The notes: generated from the letters alone by a model not told the origin. DNA of 64,000 nt from Alphaproteobacteria bacterium (GCA_047973205.1 JBKEBO010000074.1:12057-76056), one strand, 5' to 3'; shown: positions 19,554 to 28,547, counted from the first letter of the stretch. Program-made: numbers and translations.

Positions 19554-20377
19554 CCTCTATTGATGATGAAATGCAAGCTCATGAAGATGGCAAAAATACC
19601 AACAAAGATGAGGCAACCACCACCAAGATGACGGCCGAAGGTGAGATGGGGCTATGGTCTCATTTGGCCGAGCTTCGTAGCCGTTTAATCAAGGCTTGTA
19701 TTGTTATTTTTGTGATATTTATCATCTGTTTCTTTGGGCTTTCAAAGCCGCTTTATGAGTTCTTGGCTCAACCGATGAGGGCTGCTCTGGCCTCACAAAA
19801 TATCGACCCTAGCTTCTATTTTTCGGCTGCTTTTGCCCCGATTATCACCCAAATTCGTTTATCATTTTTGGCTGCAATCTTCTTTGGTTTTCCCTTTTTA
19901 TGCTATCAAATTTGGGGCTTTATCGCTCCTGGGCTTTATAAGCGAGAAAAGCAAATCACCATTCCTGTTCTGGTGGGAACCCCCACATTATTTTTGGCAG
20001 GGGCGTTATTCGCTCGTTTTTTGATGTTCCCTATTGTTTTCCGATTTGCCGTATCTTTCACAGCTGAGAACCTTAACCCACTGATAGATATGAGTAAATA
20101 TCTTACCGATAGTGTTCGGCTCATCCTTGCTTTTGGCATTTGCTTCGAGCTTCCTTTACTGCTTTGTATCTTAAGTGTTTTTGGCATTATCGAAGCTGAG
20201 CAGCTTAAACGCTGGCGGCGGTATTTTGTTCTGGTAGCGGCAGTTGTTGGTGCTTTGCTCACCCCGTCAGATTTATTGAGCATGTTCTTATTGGCTTTTC
20301 CCTTGCTTGCCCTTTATGAGCTTTCTATTTTTGTGATTATCCAATTAGAAAAACGCCGTGAAACTGAACAGGCATAA
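19550..20377 (+). CDS. tatC: twin-arginine translocase subunit TatC
   Basis: Six-TM TatC. Overlaps the tatB stop by 4 nt. Confidence 0.95.
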   Translation: MTSIDDEMQAHEDGKNTNKDEATTTKMTAEGEMGLWSHLAELRSRLIKACIVIFVIFIICFFGLSKPLYEFLAQPMRAALASQNIDPSFYFSAAFAPIITQIRLSFLAAIFFGFPFLCYQIWGFIAPGLYKREKQITIPVLVGTPTLFLAGALFARFLMFPIVFRFAVSFTAENLNPLIDMSKYLTDSVRLILAFGICFELPLLLCILSVFGIIEAEQLKRWRRYFVLVAAVVGALLTPSDLLSMFLLAFPLLALYELSIFVIIQLEKRRETEQA

Positions 20378-20380
20378 AAA

Positions 20381-20564
20381 GCCACTTTTTGCCAATATTT
20401 GACCATTCTTAGCCAAGATTTGTCCACTTTTGTTCGGTCTCATACCAAAAATATCCATAGGTTAAAATATATTTTCTATTTTTAGTATATGCATGAACTT
20501 GCCAAAATTTGTATTTTTATGGATAAAAATGGATAAATCTTGGCTAAAAGTGGATAAAAAGGGG
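20381..20564. repeat. structured intergenic repeat element, copy A
   Basis: Terminal inverted repeats gccactttttgcc / ggctaaaagtggc-like. Internal 10-bp-phased A/T-tract units (ccattcttag, ttgtccactttt; tggataaaaa x3, tggctaaaag). Lies in the tatC/SLC13 convergent gap. Confidence 0.6.
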
Positions 20565-20583
20565 CATTATTTGTCATCCATTT

Positions 20584-22404
20584 CTAAAAAGGCCAAAAGA
20601 TGGGAATAACAGTTGTTGCAACCACGAGCATAATAATATTCATAGGAATACCGACTTTAAGAAAGTCCTTAAATTTATAGCCTCCAGCAGCATAAACAAA
20701 ACTGTTCGTCTGGTAACCAATAGGTGTTGCAAAGCTTGCCGAAGCCCCAAACATCACCGCAACAATAAATGGCCTTGGGTCATAGCCCAGCGAAGTTGCA
20801 ATGCCAATCACAATAGGGGTTAGCAAAATCGCCACTGCATTATTGGTAATCATTTCGGTTAAAATGGAGGTCAAAAGATATATAACCCCAAGTAATAAAA
20901 TAGGGCCAAAACCATCAACTAAAGCGATTGCATGGTCAATAAGCAACTTGGCTGCTCCTGTGTTTTCCATGGCTTTGCCGACACCTAACATACCAAAAAT
21001 CAGTAGCAATATCTGCCAGTTAATGGAACGATAGGCTTTTTCGGGACTTACGCAACCTAACAAGATAACCGCTACAGCACCAATCATTGCAAGCCCCGCA
21101 ATTGGCATAAAGCCCAAAGCACTTAAGCCTACAACCCCCATAATAATGGCTAAGCTAATGGCGGCTTTGGTCTTATTTAAGGAGGCATTGCGAATAAGCG
21201 ATGCATTGAGAATATCTTCGTTTTCAAACAAGCGGTTAAGGTCGTCTTCTGTTCCTTGCAGTACAAGAAAGTCACCCTCTTTAAGTCGCAAATAAGAGAG
21301 ATTTCGGGTGATATTTTTAGCGGCTCGATGGGCCCCAATAACCACACAGCCAAACTCATAATGCAAGCCTAGCTCACGAATACGTTTACCAATAAAATGA
21401 GATGAAGAGGGGATAACTCCTTCTGCTACAATAACTTCTTGAGTCGGTAATGGTTCACTTAAGTGGGTTTTTGTTGGGTCTAATTCCACCCCGACATGCT
21501 GCTTAAGACGCACGATTTCATCTTTACTCAACTTAAAGATTAGGTGATCGCCTGCTCGCAACTTCATATCTCTAAAGGAAGAAGCCTGACTACGCTCTGA
21601 TTTTGCTAAGGTAATGCTCGACTTATGGCGAACCAAATCGATGATTTCATAATTCTCGCTATCGGTGAATTTTATCTCATTTAACGAATGGCCAATAAGA
21701 GGCGAATCTAGGGGGATAATTACCTCCGCCATAAAGCGTTTTGGAGGGCGGTCGTCATGGATATCTGCACTTAAGGGTTGCCTTTCGGGGAGTAAAAAAC
21801 GGCTGGTTAAGCCTATGAAAGATAAGCCAATTGCAGCCATAATAAAGCCCGCACCAGAAATCTCAAACATACTAAAAGGAGCTTGGCCATATTCTTTAGC
21901 AACACTATTGACCAAGATGTTTGTAGATGTACCAATTAGCGTACATGTACCTCCCAAAATTGCCGCATAAGAAAGAGGAATCAAGTATTTAGAGGGATAT
22001 TCTTTAAGCTTGTGGGCAACAGCAATCATCATGGGTGTAAAGATAATCACCACAGGCGTATTATTCATAAAGGCCGAGAGAAAAACGATGAGTAAGAACA
22101 TCAAAACAAGGCCAAAAACCTTATTTTTACTCAATAACTTAAGCAAAAATAGTCCCATTTTATCAATCACACCTGCTTGTTCCAAAGCCGCACTAATAAC
22201 AAACATACATGCAATAGTTATGGGAGCACTGCTGCTAAAAACTTTGAGCATATCTTCCGTATGAATAGCCCCAAATATGAGCAGAACAACCATACCTGTA
22301 AGAGCAACTAAATATGCGGGCATGCGTTCAAAAACAAAGGCAGCAAATACACCAGTAAGAACTAAAAAAGTTATTATAATCAATATGTTGTCTTCCACAA
22401 CCAC
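20584..22404 (-). CDS. SLC13/DASS-family anion (di/tricarboxylate/sulfate) transporter with two central TrkA-C domains
   Basis: Duplicated transmembrane halves flank two cytoplasmic TrkA_C-like domains, the typical CitT/SLC13 permease architecture. Confidence 0.85.
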   Translation of the reverse strand: MVVEDNILIIITFLVLTGVFAAFVFERMPAYLVALTGMVVLLIFGAIHTEDMLKVFSSSAPITIACMFVISAALEQAGVIDKMGLFLLKLLSKNKVFGLVLMFLLIVFLSAFMNNTPVVIIFTPMMIAVAHKLKEYPSKYLIPLSYAAILGGTCTLIGTSTNILVNSVAKEYGQAPFSMFEISGAGFIMAAIGLSFIGLTSRFLLPERQPLSADIHDDRPPKRFMAEVIIPLDSPLIGHSLNEIKFTDSENYEIIDLVRHKSSITLAKSERSQASSFRDMKLRAGDHLIFKLSKDEIVRLKQHVGVELDPTKTHLSEPLPTQEVIVAEGVIPSSSHFIGKRIRELGLHYEFGCVVIGAHRAAKNITRNLSYLRLKEGDFLVLQGTEDDLNRLFENEDILNASLIRNASLNKTKAAISLAIIMGVVGLSALGFMPIAGLAMIGAVAVILLGCVSPEKAYRSINWQILLLIFGMLGVGKAMENTGAAKLLIDHAIALVDGFGPILLLGVIYLLTSILTEMITNNAVAILLTPIVIGIATSLGYDPRPFIVAVMFGASASFATPIGYQTNSFVYAAGGYKFKDFLKVGIPMNIIMLVVATTVIPIFWPF

Positions 22405-22695
22405 TCCTAAAATAACAAGTGTAAATCTTTTATTAGCACTACTATATAGTGTTTTTCTTAAAAGACAAATAAATTGTATGGCTGCTCTCTTAAGCTTATC
22501 GAATGGGGCATAAAGTCGCTCTATATTTTCCCCTCTGGGGGGAATCTTCCTGTACGTTTCGGTAGGCTTAAGGGGGTGGAGAGATATATTTTAGCTGTCT
22601 TGATTTTTCAAAAACGAAAATAATTTTCTATATTGAAAATTGTTATATTCTATGTTAAACTTTATTTAAGGTGAAAAGTTTGAAAGGTTTTTGCT

Positions 22696-24201
22696 ATGGA
22701 AGAACAAGTATTTGATATCTTTGTTATTGGTGGCGGTGTGAATGGGACTTCGGTGGCTCGTGATGCGGCAGGGCGAGGGCTTTCGGTATGTTTATGCGAA
22801 AAAGATGACCTTGCAAGCCATACATCTTCGGCAAGTACAAAGCTTATTCATGGTGGTTTGCGATATTTGGAACATTATGAGTTTAAGCTGGTTCGTGAGG
22901 CTCTTTCGGAACGGGAGGTAATTTTGCGTTCGGCTCCGCATATTGTTTGGCCATTGCGATTTGTGCTTCCTCATGCTAAGGGGTTGCGACCACGTTGGAT
23001 GTTGCGGGCGGGCTTGTTTTTATATGATAATATTGGTAAACGAAAGCTGCTCCCTGGTACGGAGACAATTAAATTTTCTAATCATATTTCGGGAAAACCT
23101 TTAAAAGATGAATTTAAACATGGCTTTGTTTATTCAGATGCATGGGTGATGGATGCTCGGATGGTGATGCTGAATGCCAAGTCTGCTGCCAATAATGGGG
23201 CTTTGATTAATACGCGTACGGAGGTTCTTTCGGCTAAGCGTGTGGATGATAACAAAAAGTGGGAAATTCGCATTTTGGATAAAAATACAGGCAATGAGCA
23301 AACATATTTTGCCAAAGTTTTGATTAATGCGGCAGGGCCTTGGGTTTCCTCGATTTTAGATAAGGATAAGGTAGATTTTCATACAAAAGAAAGTGTGCGG
23401 CTCGTACAGGGAAGTCATATTGTTGTACCGAAAATATTTGACCATTCTTACTGTTATATTTTCCAAAATCCAGATGGACGGATTATTTTTGCCATTCCTT
23501 ATGAGGATGATTTTACCCTGATTGGCACAACGGATGTGGATTATAAGGGTAATCCAGATGATGTAAAATGTAGTGATACCGAAAAAGAATATCTTGTTAA
23601 AGCGGCAAGTGAGTATTTTAAAAAAGAGGTAAAACCTACTGATATTATTTGGGATTATTCGGGGGTACGCCCTTTATATGATGATGGTTCTAAAAAAGCT
23701 CAAAAGGCGACAAGAGACTTTGTTCTCTCGCTAGATACGCCTCATGACAATGCGGATGGGGCTATTATGAATATCTTTGGTGGAAAAATAACGGCAGCCC
23801 GTGAGCTTGGTGAAAGAGTGATGGAGAAAATTGCACCACTTTTTGGTAATAGCCATGGTAATTGGACCCAAGATGAGATTTTGCCAGGTGGTGATATGGG
23901 ACTCGACTTTGAAAAATATTTGAAAAATTTTCAAGAAGAATATCCATGGCTTGATGATGCAATGGCTTATCATTATGTGCGTCATTATGGATCAGAAGCC
24001 CATAAAATTATAGGAAATGCAAAAAGCAAAAACGACTTAGGGTTGTATATGGGAGATATTTGCTATGAAGCAGAACTTCGATATTCTAAAGATAATGAGT
24101 GGAGTCAATGTGCTGAAGATTTTTTATGGAGAAGAACAAAAAAAGGCTTGTATTTCAGTGAAGAAACTATTACAAATATAAGCGGATGGTTTGAACACTA
24201 A
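22696..24201 (+). CDS. glpD: aerobic glycerol-3-phosphate dehydrogenase
   Basis: FAD fold FDIFVIGGGVNGTSVARDAAGRGL. GlpD family throughout. Confidence 0.95.
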   Translation: MEEQVFDIFVIGGGVNGTSVARDAAGRGLSVCLCEKDDLASHTSSASTKLIHGGLRYLEHYEFKLVREALSEREVILRSAPHIVWPLRFVLPHAKGLRPRWMLRAGLFLYDNIGKRKLLPGTETIKFSNHISGKPLKDEFKHGFVYSDAWVMDARMVMLNAKSAANNGALINTRTEVLSAKRVDDNKKWEIRILDKNTGNEQTYFAKVLINAAGPWVSSILDKDKVDFHTKESVRLVQGSHIVVPKIFDHSYCYIFQNPDGRIIFAIPYEDDFTLIGTTDVDYKGNPDDVKCSDTEKEYLVKAASEYFKKEVKPTDIIWDYSGVRPLYDDGSKKAQKATRDFVLSLDTPHDNADGAIMNIFGGKITAARELGERVMEKIAPLFGNSHGNWTQDEILPGGDMGLDFEKYLKNFQEEYPWLDDAMAYHYVRHYGSEAHKIIGNAKSKNDLGLYMGDICYEAELRYSKDNEWSQCAEDFLWRRTKKGLYFSEETITNISGWFEH

Positions 24202-24242
24202 ATACATACCCCCCTCGTATTCCTCAAGCCATCCCCCTTTAT

Positions 24243-24290
24243 AAGGCTCGGTTTATCATAAAGTAAATCGAGCCTTTTTATTTTCTTTTT
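24243..24290 (+). terminator. rho-independent terminator after glpD
   Basis: aaggctcg ... cgagcctt 8-bp stem followed by ttttattttctttttt. Confidence 0.6.
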
Positions 24291-24302
24291 TGGATTGCTG
24301 TA

Positions 24303-25670
24303 CTACTTTAGGTAGTCTAACCAAGGGGCTTGACGGTCAATCATCGCATCAACCATTTCATCAACTTTATTATTGGTGATTGTTACAGGGTCAACAAGTA
24401 TGGCTTGAATAACGGCTTCTTTAGAACCTTCTAAAATAGCTTTGGCATTAAGGTCGTGGATGCCAACTTGGTTGCTGAGCAGCCCACCAATGGATGCAGG
24501 CATATCAACTTCAACCGCTTTAAGGCCATTTTTAGAGACAATTGCAGGGACTTCTACCACAATCCAATCAGGAAGATTGCGAATCGCTCCTTTATTAGCA
24601 ATATTGACGGCAGGTTCTGTATATTCTTCACCCGTTATGAGGGCTTCCATAATAAAAGTTGCACGTTCATGGCGAACATCATCATGAATTTTTGGCTCCA
24701 TTTGCCCTAAACAAATACGGTAAAAATCGTAAAAATCCAAAATACCCTTATGGTCCACCTTATCGTAGGCCCAGCCGATATATTCGCCAAAATGGCTATC
24801 GACAGTGATGGGTAAGTAGTTGAATTTCTCTAAGATTTCTTTAAATAATCCACGGTCGGTCCATTGACGTGAGGGTTTATCAACAGGAAGTTCTGAACGG
24901 AAGGCATAATTTTCGGTATCTTCGAGATTGCCTGTTTTTTTGTAATAATCCCAAATATCTGAATATCCAATAGCTTTTTCGCCAAAATATTCTGGTGCGA
25001 GGCGGCGAATATCAGCATAAGCATCTTTGCCGCTATCTTTATATGTGGCTTCTAAAAGAACAGAAAAGTGGTTTAAACCAGCCGCTTTGATGTTTAAATC
25101 TTCGAAGTCAATGTTTAGAATTTTTGGCAAGTAACGCTCTAAAGATGCAATTTCATGGCACATTCCCACAAAATTCATATTTGGATATTTGCGTAAAACC
25201 GTTGTGCAAATGCGGCTCATGGGGTTAGAATAGTTAAATACCCAAGCATTGGGGCAAATATCGTTAATATCATCACAAATTTCTAGAATAGGTGGTGTGA
25301 TTCTTAAGGCATGGAATAGGCCGCCCACACCGCCATTTTCGCCATAAACCTGACGAATACCATATTGTTGCGGCAAGTTCCAGTCAATATCCCATAAATC
25401 GAAACGGTTGCCGACCTCGATTGAGATAATCACAAAATCGGCATCTTTAAGAGCTTCTTTTCTATCCAAAGTTGCCGAAACTGTAAAATCTAGCCCATGG
25501 TTATCAATATGTTGTTGTGTTTTATCTTTTACCCACTCAACGGCCTCTTTATTAATATCTAAAAGGCTGATATGGCTACCTTTTAAGGCGGGTGTTAGAA
25601 AAATGTCTCCAAGCATGCCCATGCCGAACTGAGCTGAGCCTGCTCCAATTAAAGTGATTTTCTTTGTCAT
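24303..25670 (-). CDS. glycoside hydrolase family 4 (NAD/Mn-dependent alpha-glucosidase/alpha-galactosidase type)
   Basis: N-terminal KITLIGAGSAQFG Rossmann motif and the GH4 catalytic region (...CHEIASL...). About 450 aa, as for MelA/AglA. Confidence 0.85.
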   Translation of the reverse strand: MTKKITLIGAGSAQFGMGMLGDIFLTPALKGSHISLLDINKEAVEWVKDKTQQHIDNHGLDFTVSATLDRKEALKDADFVIISIEVGNRFDLWDIDWNLPQQYGIRQVYGENGGVGGLFHALRITPPILEICDDINDICPNAWVFNYSNPMSRICTTVLRKYPNMNFVGMCHEIASLERYLPKILNIDFEDLNIKAAGLNHFSVLLEATYKDSGKDAYADIRRLAPEYFGEKAIGYSDIWDYYKKTGNLEDTENYAFRSELPVDKPSRQWTDRGLFKEILEKFNYLPITVDSHFGEYIGWAYDKVDHKGILDFYDFYRICLGQMEPKIHDDVRHERATFIMEALITGEEYTEPAVNIANKGAIRNLPDWIVVEVPAIVSKNGLKAVEVDMPASIGGLLSNQVGIHDLNAKAILEGSKEAVIQAILVDPVTITNNKVDEMVDAMIDRQAPWLDYLK

Positions 25671-25741
25671 TATATTCCTCCATATGTATAATAGCTATAT
25701 GGTTATACTATTAGAGTATAATGTCAAGATGAAAAAGAATA

Positions 25742-26458
25742 TTAAGCACCATAAATTTCGTTGTTTGTAAAGACACGATGCAACTTTACCACACGTTCCA
25801 AAGGATAGGTTCGTTTTTTATAAGGATTATATTGTAAACAGACGATTTCACCATCTTTTTGCCCTAAGTAACGCTTAATAAAAACCTCCCGCTCTCCTAT
25901 ATTATCAATAAGTTCAATAATGACATAATCGTAGGGTTTTGGTGACTTATGGGGGTCGATGAATACTAAATCGCCTCCCTCAAACTTAGGCTCCATGGAG
26001 CTTCCTTGTACATAAATTGCAAAACTATCTTGATTATGGATTAGGTGATAGGGGCGGTGGATATAGTCAATGGGACTTCCCATAGATATTTGAAAAGCTC
26101 CTGTTTCCTCTCCAGCTGCGGCTGTGCCGTAAACGGGGAGGTTGCGTTGTGTGTTTGTTGCTGCAAAAGGCTGTTGAAAAGCTTCACCTAAATTAGAAGT
26201 ATCTTTATGCGGATTTGTCAGCATATCGGAGGGGGTGGCGGCTGTTATGGCCAATTCTTTTGAGCCTTCACCTGTACGAAGCCATTTTTCGTGGACTCGC
26301 AAGACTTCTGCTAATTCTCCAAGATATCGAGGTTTTTTAACACGACCAGAAGTAAGCCCTTGGATATTAGAATAGTGTATCCCGAGCATTTTCGCAGCAG
26401 CATACTCACTCATACTAATTTCGGATAATCGTTCTTTTACCCGTTTACCGATACTCAT
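25742..26458 (-). CDS. phage CI/LexA-like repressor (XRE HTH + S24 peptidase)
   Basis: N-terminal HTH (EYAAAKMLGIHYSNIQGL). C-terminal S24 autopeptidase with the Ser (GSSMEP) and Lys (FIKRY) dyad. Confidence 0.85.
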   Translation of the reverse strand: MSIGKRVKERLSEISMSEYAAAKMLGIHYSNIQGLTSGRVKKPRYLGELAEVLRVHEKWLRTGEGSKELAITAATPSDMLTNPHKDTSNLGEAFQQPFAATNTQRNLPVYGTAAAGEETGAFQISMGSPIDYIHRPYHLIHNQDSFAIYVQGSSMEPKFEGGDLVFIDPHKSPKPYDYVIIELIDNIGEREVFIKRYLGQKDGEIVCLQYNPYKKRTYPLERVVKLHRVFTNNEIYGA

Positions 26459-26508
26459 TGTATAGAACCTTATGTTTTTCTTTACATTATGCGGATTTTT
26501 ACGACTAT

Positions 26509-26551
26509 GTCAAGTTTCTTATTGACTTTATGCTAAAAAATCAGTATAAAC
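26509..26551 (+). promoter_or_regulatory. sigma70-like promoter with overlapping inverted-repeat operator (early rightward promoter of the remnant)
   Basis: TTGACT (26523-26528), 17-nt spacer, TATAAA (26546-26551). IR GTCAA-N9-TTGAC (26509-26527) overlaps the -35. Confidence 0.4.
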
Positions 26552-26587
26552 CCTATAATGAAAAAATCTATAAACAAGAGGTTAAAA

Positions 26588-27061
26588 ATGCTAAAACCCA
26601 ATAAAAAACCTATTATTAACAAACTCAAGCAACATAATAGAATCACAGATAAGCAAGCAAAAATAGCATATATTATTCAGCATATGGAATATATGGATTC
26701 TAAACAGGGAAGCCGAACAGATAGTAGCTGTAAAATTCTTGTTGATGCGAGTCCTGCGGCTTATGGCCTAGAAAATAGTATGCAGGATATATCATACATT
26801 AAAAAGTTTCGTGAAACCAAAGAGCTATGGGAACATAATATTAAAGAGGGCCATATTGATCCTTTGGCCTTACAAATTACAAAATATATTTTGCATTATA
26901 ATATTTCGCCTGCGGATATTGCGCGTGAGTTTACAGAGCAACTTCATCAAAAGTCTGGTGGTCAATTACTCAAGCGGTTTAATGTGCGAATAACCAGCCA
27001 TAAAATTGAAAAAATGTTCAAACAAGCCATTGATTTATTTATTAAAATTGGAGATTACTAA
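26588..27061 (+). CDS. hypothetical phage-remnant protein (early-gene position)
   Basis: Start chosen at ATG 26588 with SD aagagg. No recognisable domain. Confidence 0.5.
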   Translation: MLKPNKKPIINKLKQHNRITDKQAKIAYIIQHMEYMDSKQGSRTDSSCKILVDASPAAYGLENSMQDISYIKKFRETKELWEHNIKEGHIDPLALQITKYILHYNISPADIAREFTEQLHQKSGGQLLKRFNVRITSHKIEKMFKQAIDLFIKIGDY

Positions 27062-27062
27062 A

Positions 27063-27329
27063 ATGAGTAGAAATTTAATTAAAGTTATTCATCTTGCCCA
27101 TAAACTCAAAACAACGCCCCGTAACTTAAGCGATATTGCCTATGAGTTACACATAAAAAAATGGCATAATGATTGGGGAGAGGAGTTTTTTAAGAGGCGA
27201 GATGCCAAAAATATTCTTAAGTTTTTTTATAAAGCGGAGCAGATGGAAATCTCTCCGCTTTTTTTGTTGGATACTTATAAAAATGCAAAGCAAACACAAG
27301 GAGAAGAGGCATGGATGAGTTCGATTTAA
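27063..27329 (+). CDS. hypothetical phage-remnant protein
   Basis: ATG 1 nt after the previous stop, SD ggag. 88 aa, no recognisable domain. Confidence 0.45.
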   Translation: MSRNLIKVIHLAHKLKTTPRNLSDIAYELHIKKWHNDWGEEFFKRRDAKNILKFFYKAEQMEISPLFLLDTYKNAKQTQGEEAWMSSI

Positions 27330-27523
27330 AAATGGCAGAACGACTGGCTTGTCTTGAACAACAAACAAAGCATCGAGAAGAGCAAATTGATGAGCTTATC
27401 ACTGAATTTAAAGAGTTTAAAAAGGAATGGAATCGAGCCAAAGGAGCTTGGTGGATGTTTGTTTGCCTAGGTGGTGGGCTTGCAGCAGTTATTAATATTT
27501 TAATTAAATTATGGAGAGGATAA
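27311..27523 (+). CDS. XhlA-like / holin-like small membrane protein (coiled-coil + C-terminal TM)
   Basis: 70 aa. N-terminal charged coiled-coil, C-terminal TM (WWMFVCLGGGLAAVINILI). Lies immediately upstream of the amidase, as in PBSX-type lysis cassettes. Confidence 0.5.
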   Translation: MDEFDLKMAERLACLEQQTKHREEQIDELITEFKEFKKEWNRAKGAWWMFVCLGGGLAAVINILIKLWRG

Positions 27524-27945
27524 TGAGAAAAATCAAACAAATTATATTACATTGTACAGCAACGCCAGAGGGCAAAGATTTCTCGGTTGCGACAATACGG
27601 CATTGGCATAGGCAAAGAGGGTGGAATGACATTGGTTATCATTACCTTATACGACTGAACGGACAAGTGGAAAAGGGGCGTGATGAAGCAATTATAGGGG
27701 CTCATGTTAAGGGGCATAACCACCATTCGATTGGTATTGCCTATGTGGGGGGAGTGGATAAAAATATGAGGCCGAAAGATACACGTAATCCTCAACAAAA
27801 ACAAGCCTTAGGACGATTAGTGCAACAATTGCAGAGAAAATATCCTCAAGCAAGTCTTCATGGCCATTATGAATTTGCCAATAAGGCTTGCCCTTCTTTT
27901 ATTGTGAAAGCTGAGGAATTTTGCTTAAAAGGAGAAAGGAAATGA
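27511..27945 (+). CDS. N-acetylmuramoyl-L-alanine amidase (Amidase_2/PGRP, T7-lysozyme-like endolysin)
   Basis: IILHCTATPEG...GYHYLI...AHV.GHN...C Zn-amidase motifs. Confidence 0.9.
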   Translation: MERIMRKIKQIILHCTATPEGKDFSVATIRHWHRQRGWNDIGYHYLIRLNGQVEKGRDEAIIGAHVKGHNHHSIGIAYVGGVDKNMRPKDTRNPQQKQALGRLVQQLQRKYPQASLHGHYEFANKACPSFIVKAEEFCLKGERK

Positions 27946-28157
27946 AGCACTTAAAGCATCCGATATATTCCCAAAGAAACTGGGTATTTGTTGTTGGAAT
28001 TATTATGGTTATTTTACTTTTAGTTTATCCGTTCGACCTTATAGCAGGGCGTTTTTTAATGGGAATTTTAGCTCTTAATTTGCTCTATGGTTGGTGGCGA
28101 AATTGGCTGCAACATCTTTATTGTTTAAAATGGTTTAGTCATATGCAAGGAGATTAA
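27942..28157 (+). CDS. small 2-TM membrane protein (class-II-holin-like)
   Basis: ATG overlaps the amidase stop (ATGA). 72 aa with two hydrophobic helices. Confidence 0.45.
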   Translation: MKHLKHPIYSQRNWVFVVGIIMVILLLVYPFDLIAGRFLMGILALNLLYGWWRNWLQHLYCLKWFSHMQGD

Positions 28158-28161
28158 GCTA

Positions 28162-28410
28162 ATGAATATATTGATAAAACTTAAATGGATACTTATCAAA
28201 ATTGCGACAATAATAGCATTGATTTTAGGTGCTTTTTTTTTCGGCAAAGCTCAAGAGAAACGACGAAACAAAAAGCAAAAAAAGTTAGAAAATATCAAAG
28301 CTCAAAAGCAGGCATGGAGACAAAAATATGAAACAACTTCAGAAACTTCTCATCTTGATGGTGATGATATTGATAAACGCTTGCAGCAAAACGGTTGGCT
28401 TAGACAATGA
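28162..28410 (+). CDS. i-spanin-like protein (N-terminal TM + charged periplasmic helix)
   Basis: 82 aa. TM KWILIKIATIIALILGAFFF followed by a K/R/Q-rich helix. Confidence 0.5.
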   Translation: MNILIKLKWILIKIATIIALILGAFFFGKAQEKRRNKKQKKLENIKAQKQAWRQKYETTSETSHLDGDDIDKRLQQNGWLRQ

Positions 28411-28522
28411 TGGAGAATGTATTGCTTATGACTATATTTACGCTCATAACCAAGATACAACGGAAACTAAACGACAAATTTATACCCATAACCAAATTTT
28501 TCAAAAAAGATGTGGAAAATAG
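28328..28522 (+). CDS. o-spanin-like lipoprotein, gene overlapped in +1 frame with the i-spanin gene
   Basis: Lipobox LINAC. 64 aa. Starts inside the i-spanin ORF in another frame and extends past it (overlapped Rz/Rz1-type architecture). Confidence 0.5.
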   Translation: MKQLQKLLILMVMILINACSKTVGLDNDGECIAYDYIYAHNQDTTETKRQIYTHNQIFQKRCGK

Positions 28523-28547
28523 ATTCTATAAAATATGGAATAATCGG

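Larger units (their letters stand above)
25742..28522. mobile_element. prophage remnant: repressor + two unknown genes + complete lysis cassette; no integrase or structural genes
   Basis: Gene content as listed individually below. Bounded by the GH4 gene and the Fur-family gene. Confidence 0.6.

Noticed and set aside
25671-28547. att-site direct repeats or an integrase flanking the lysis island
   Set aside because: No convincing direct repeats of 12 bp or more at the island borders, and no recombinase gene within the window. Scored as a remnant rather than an intact mobile element.
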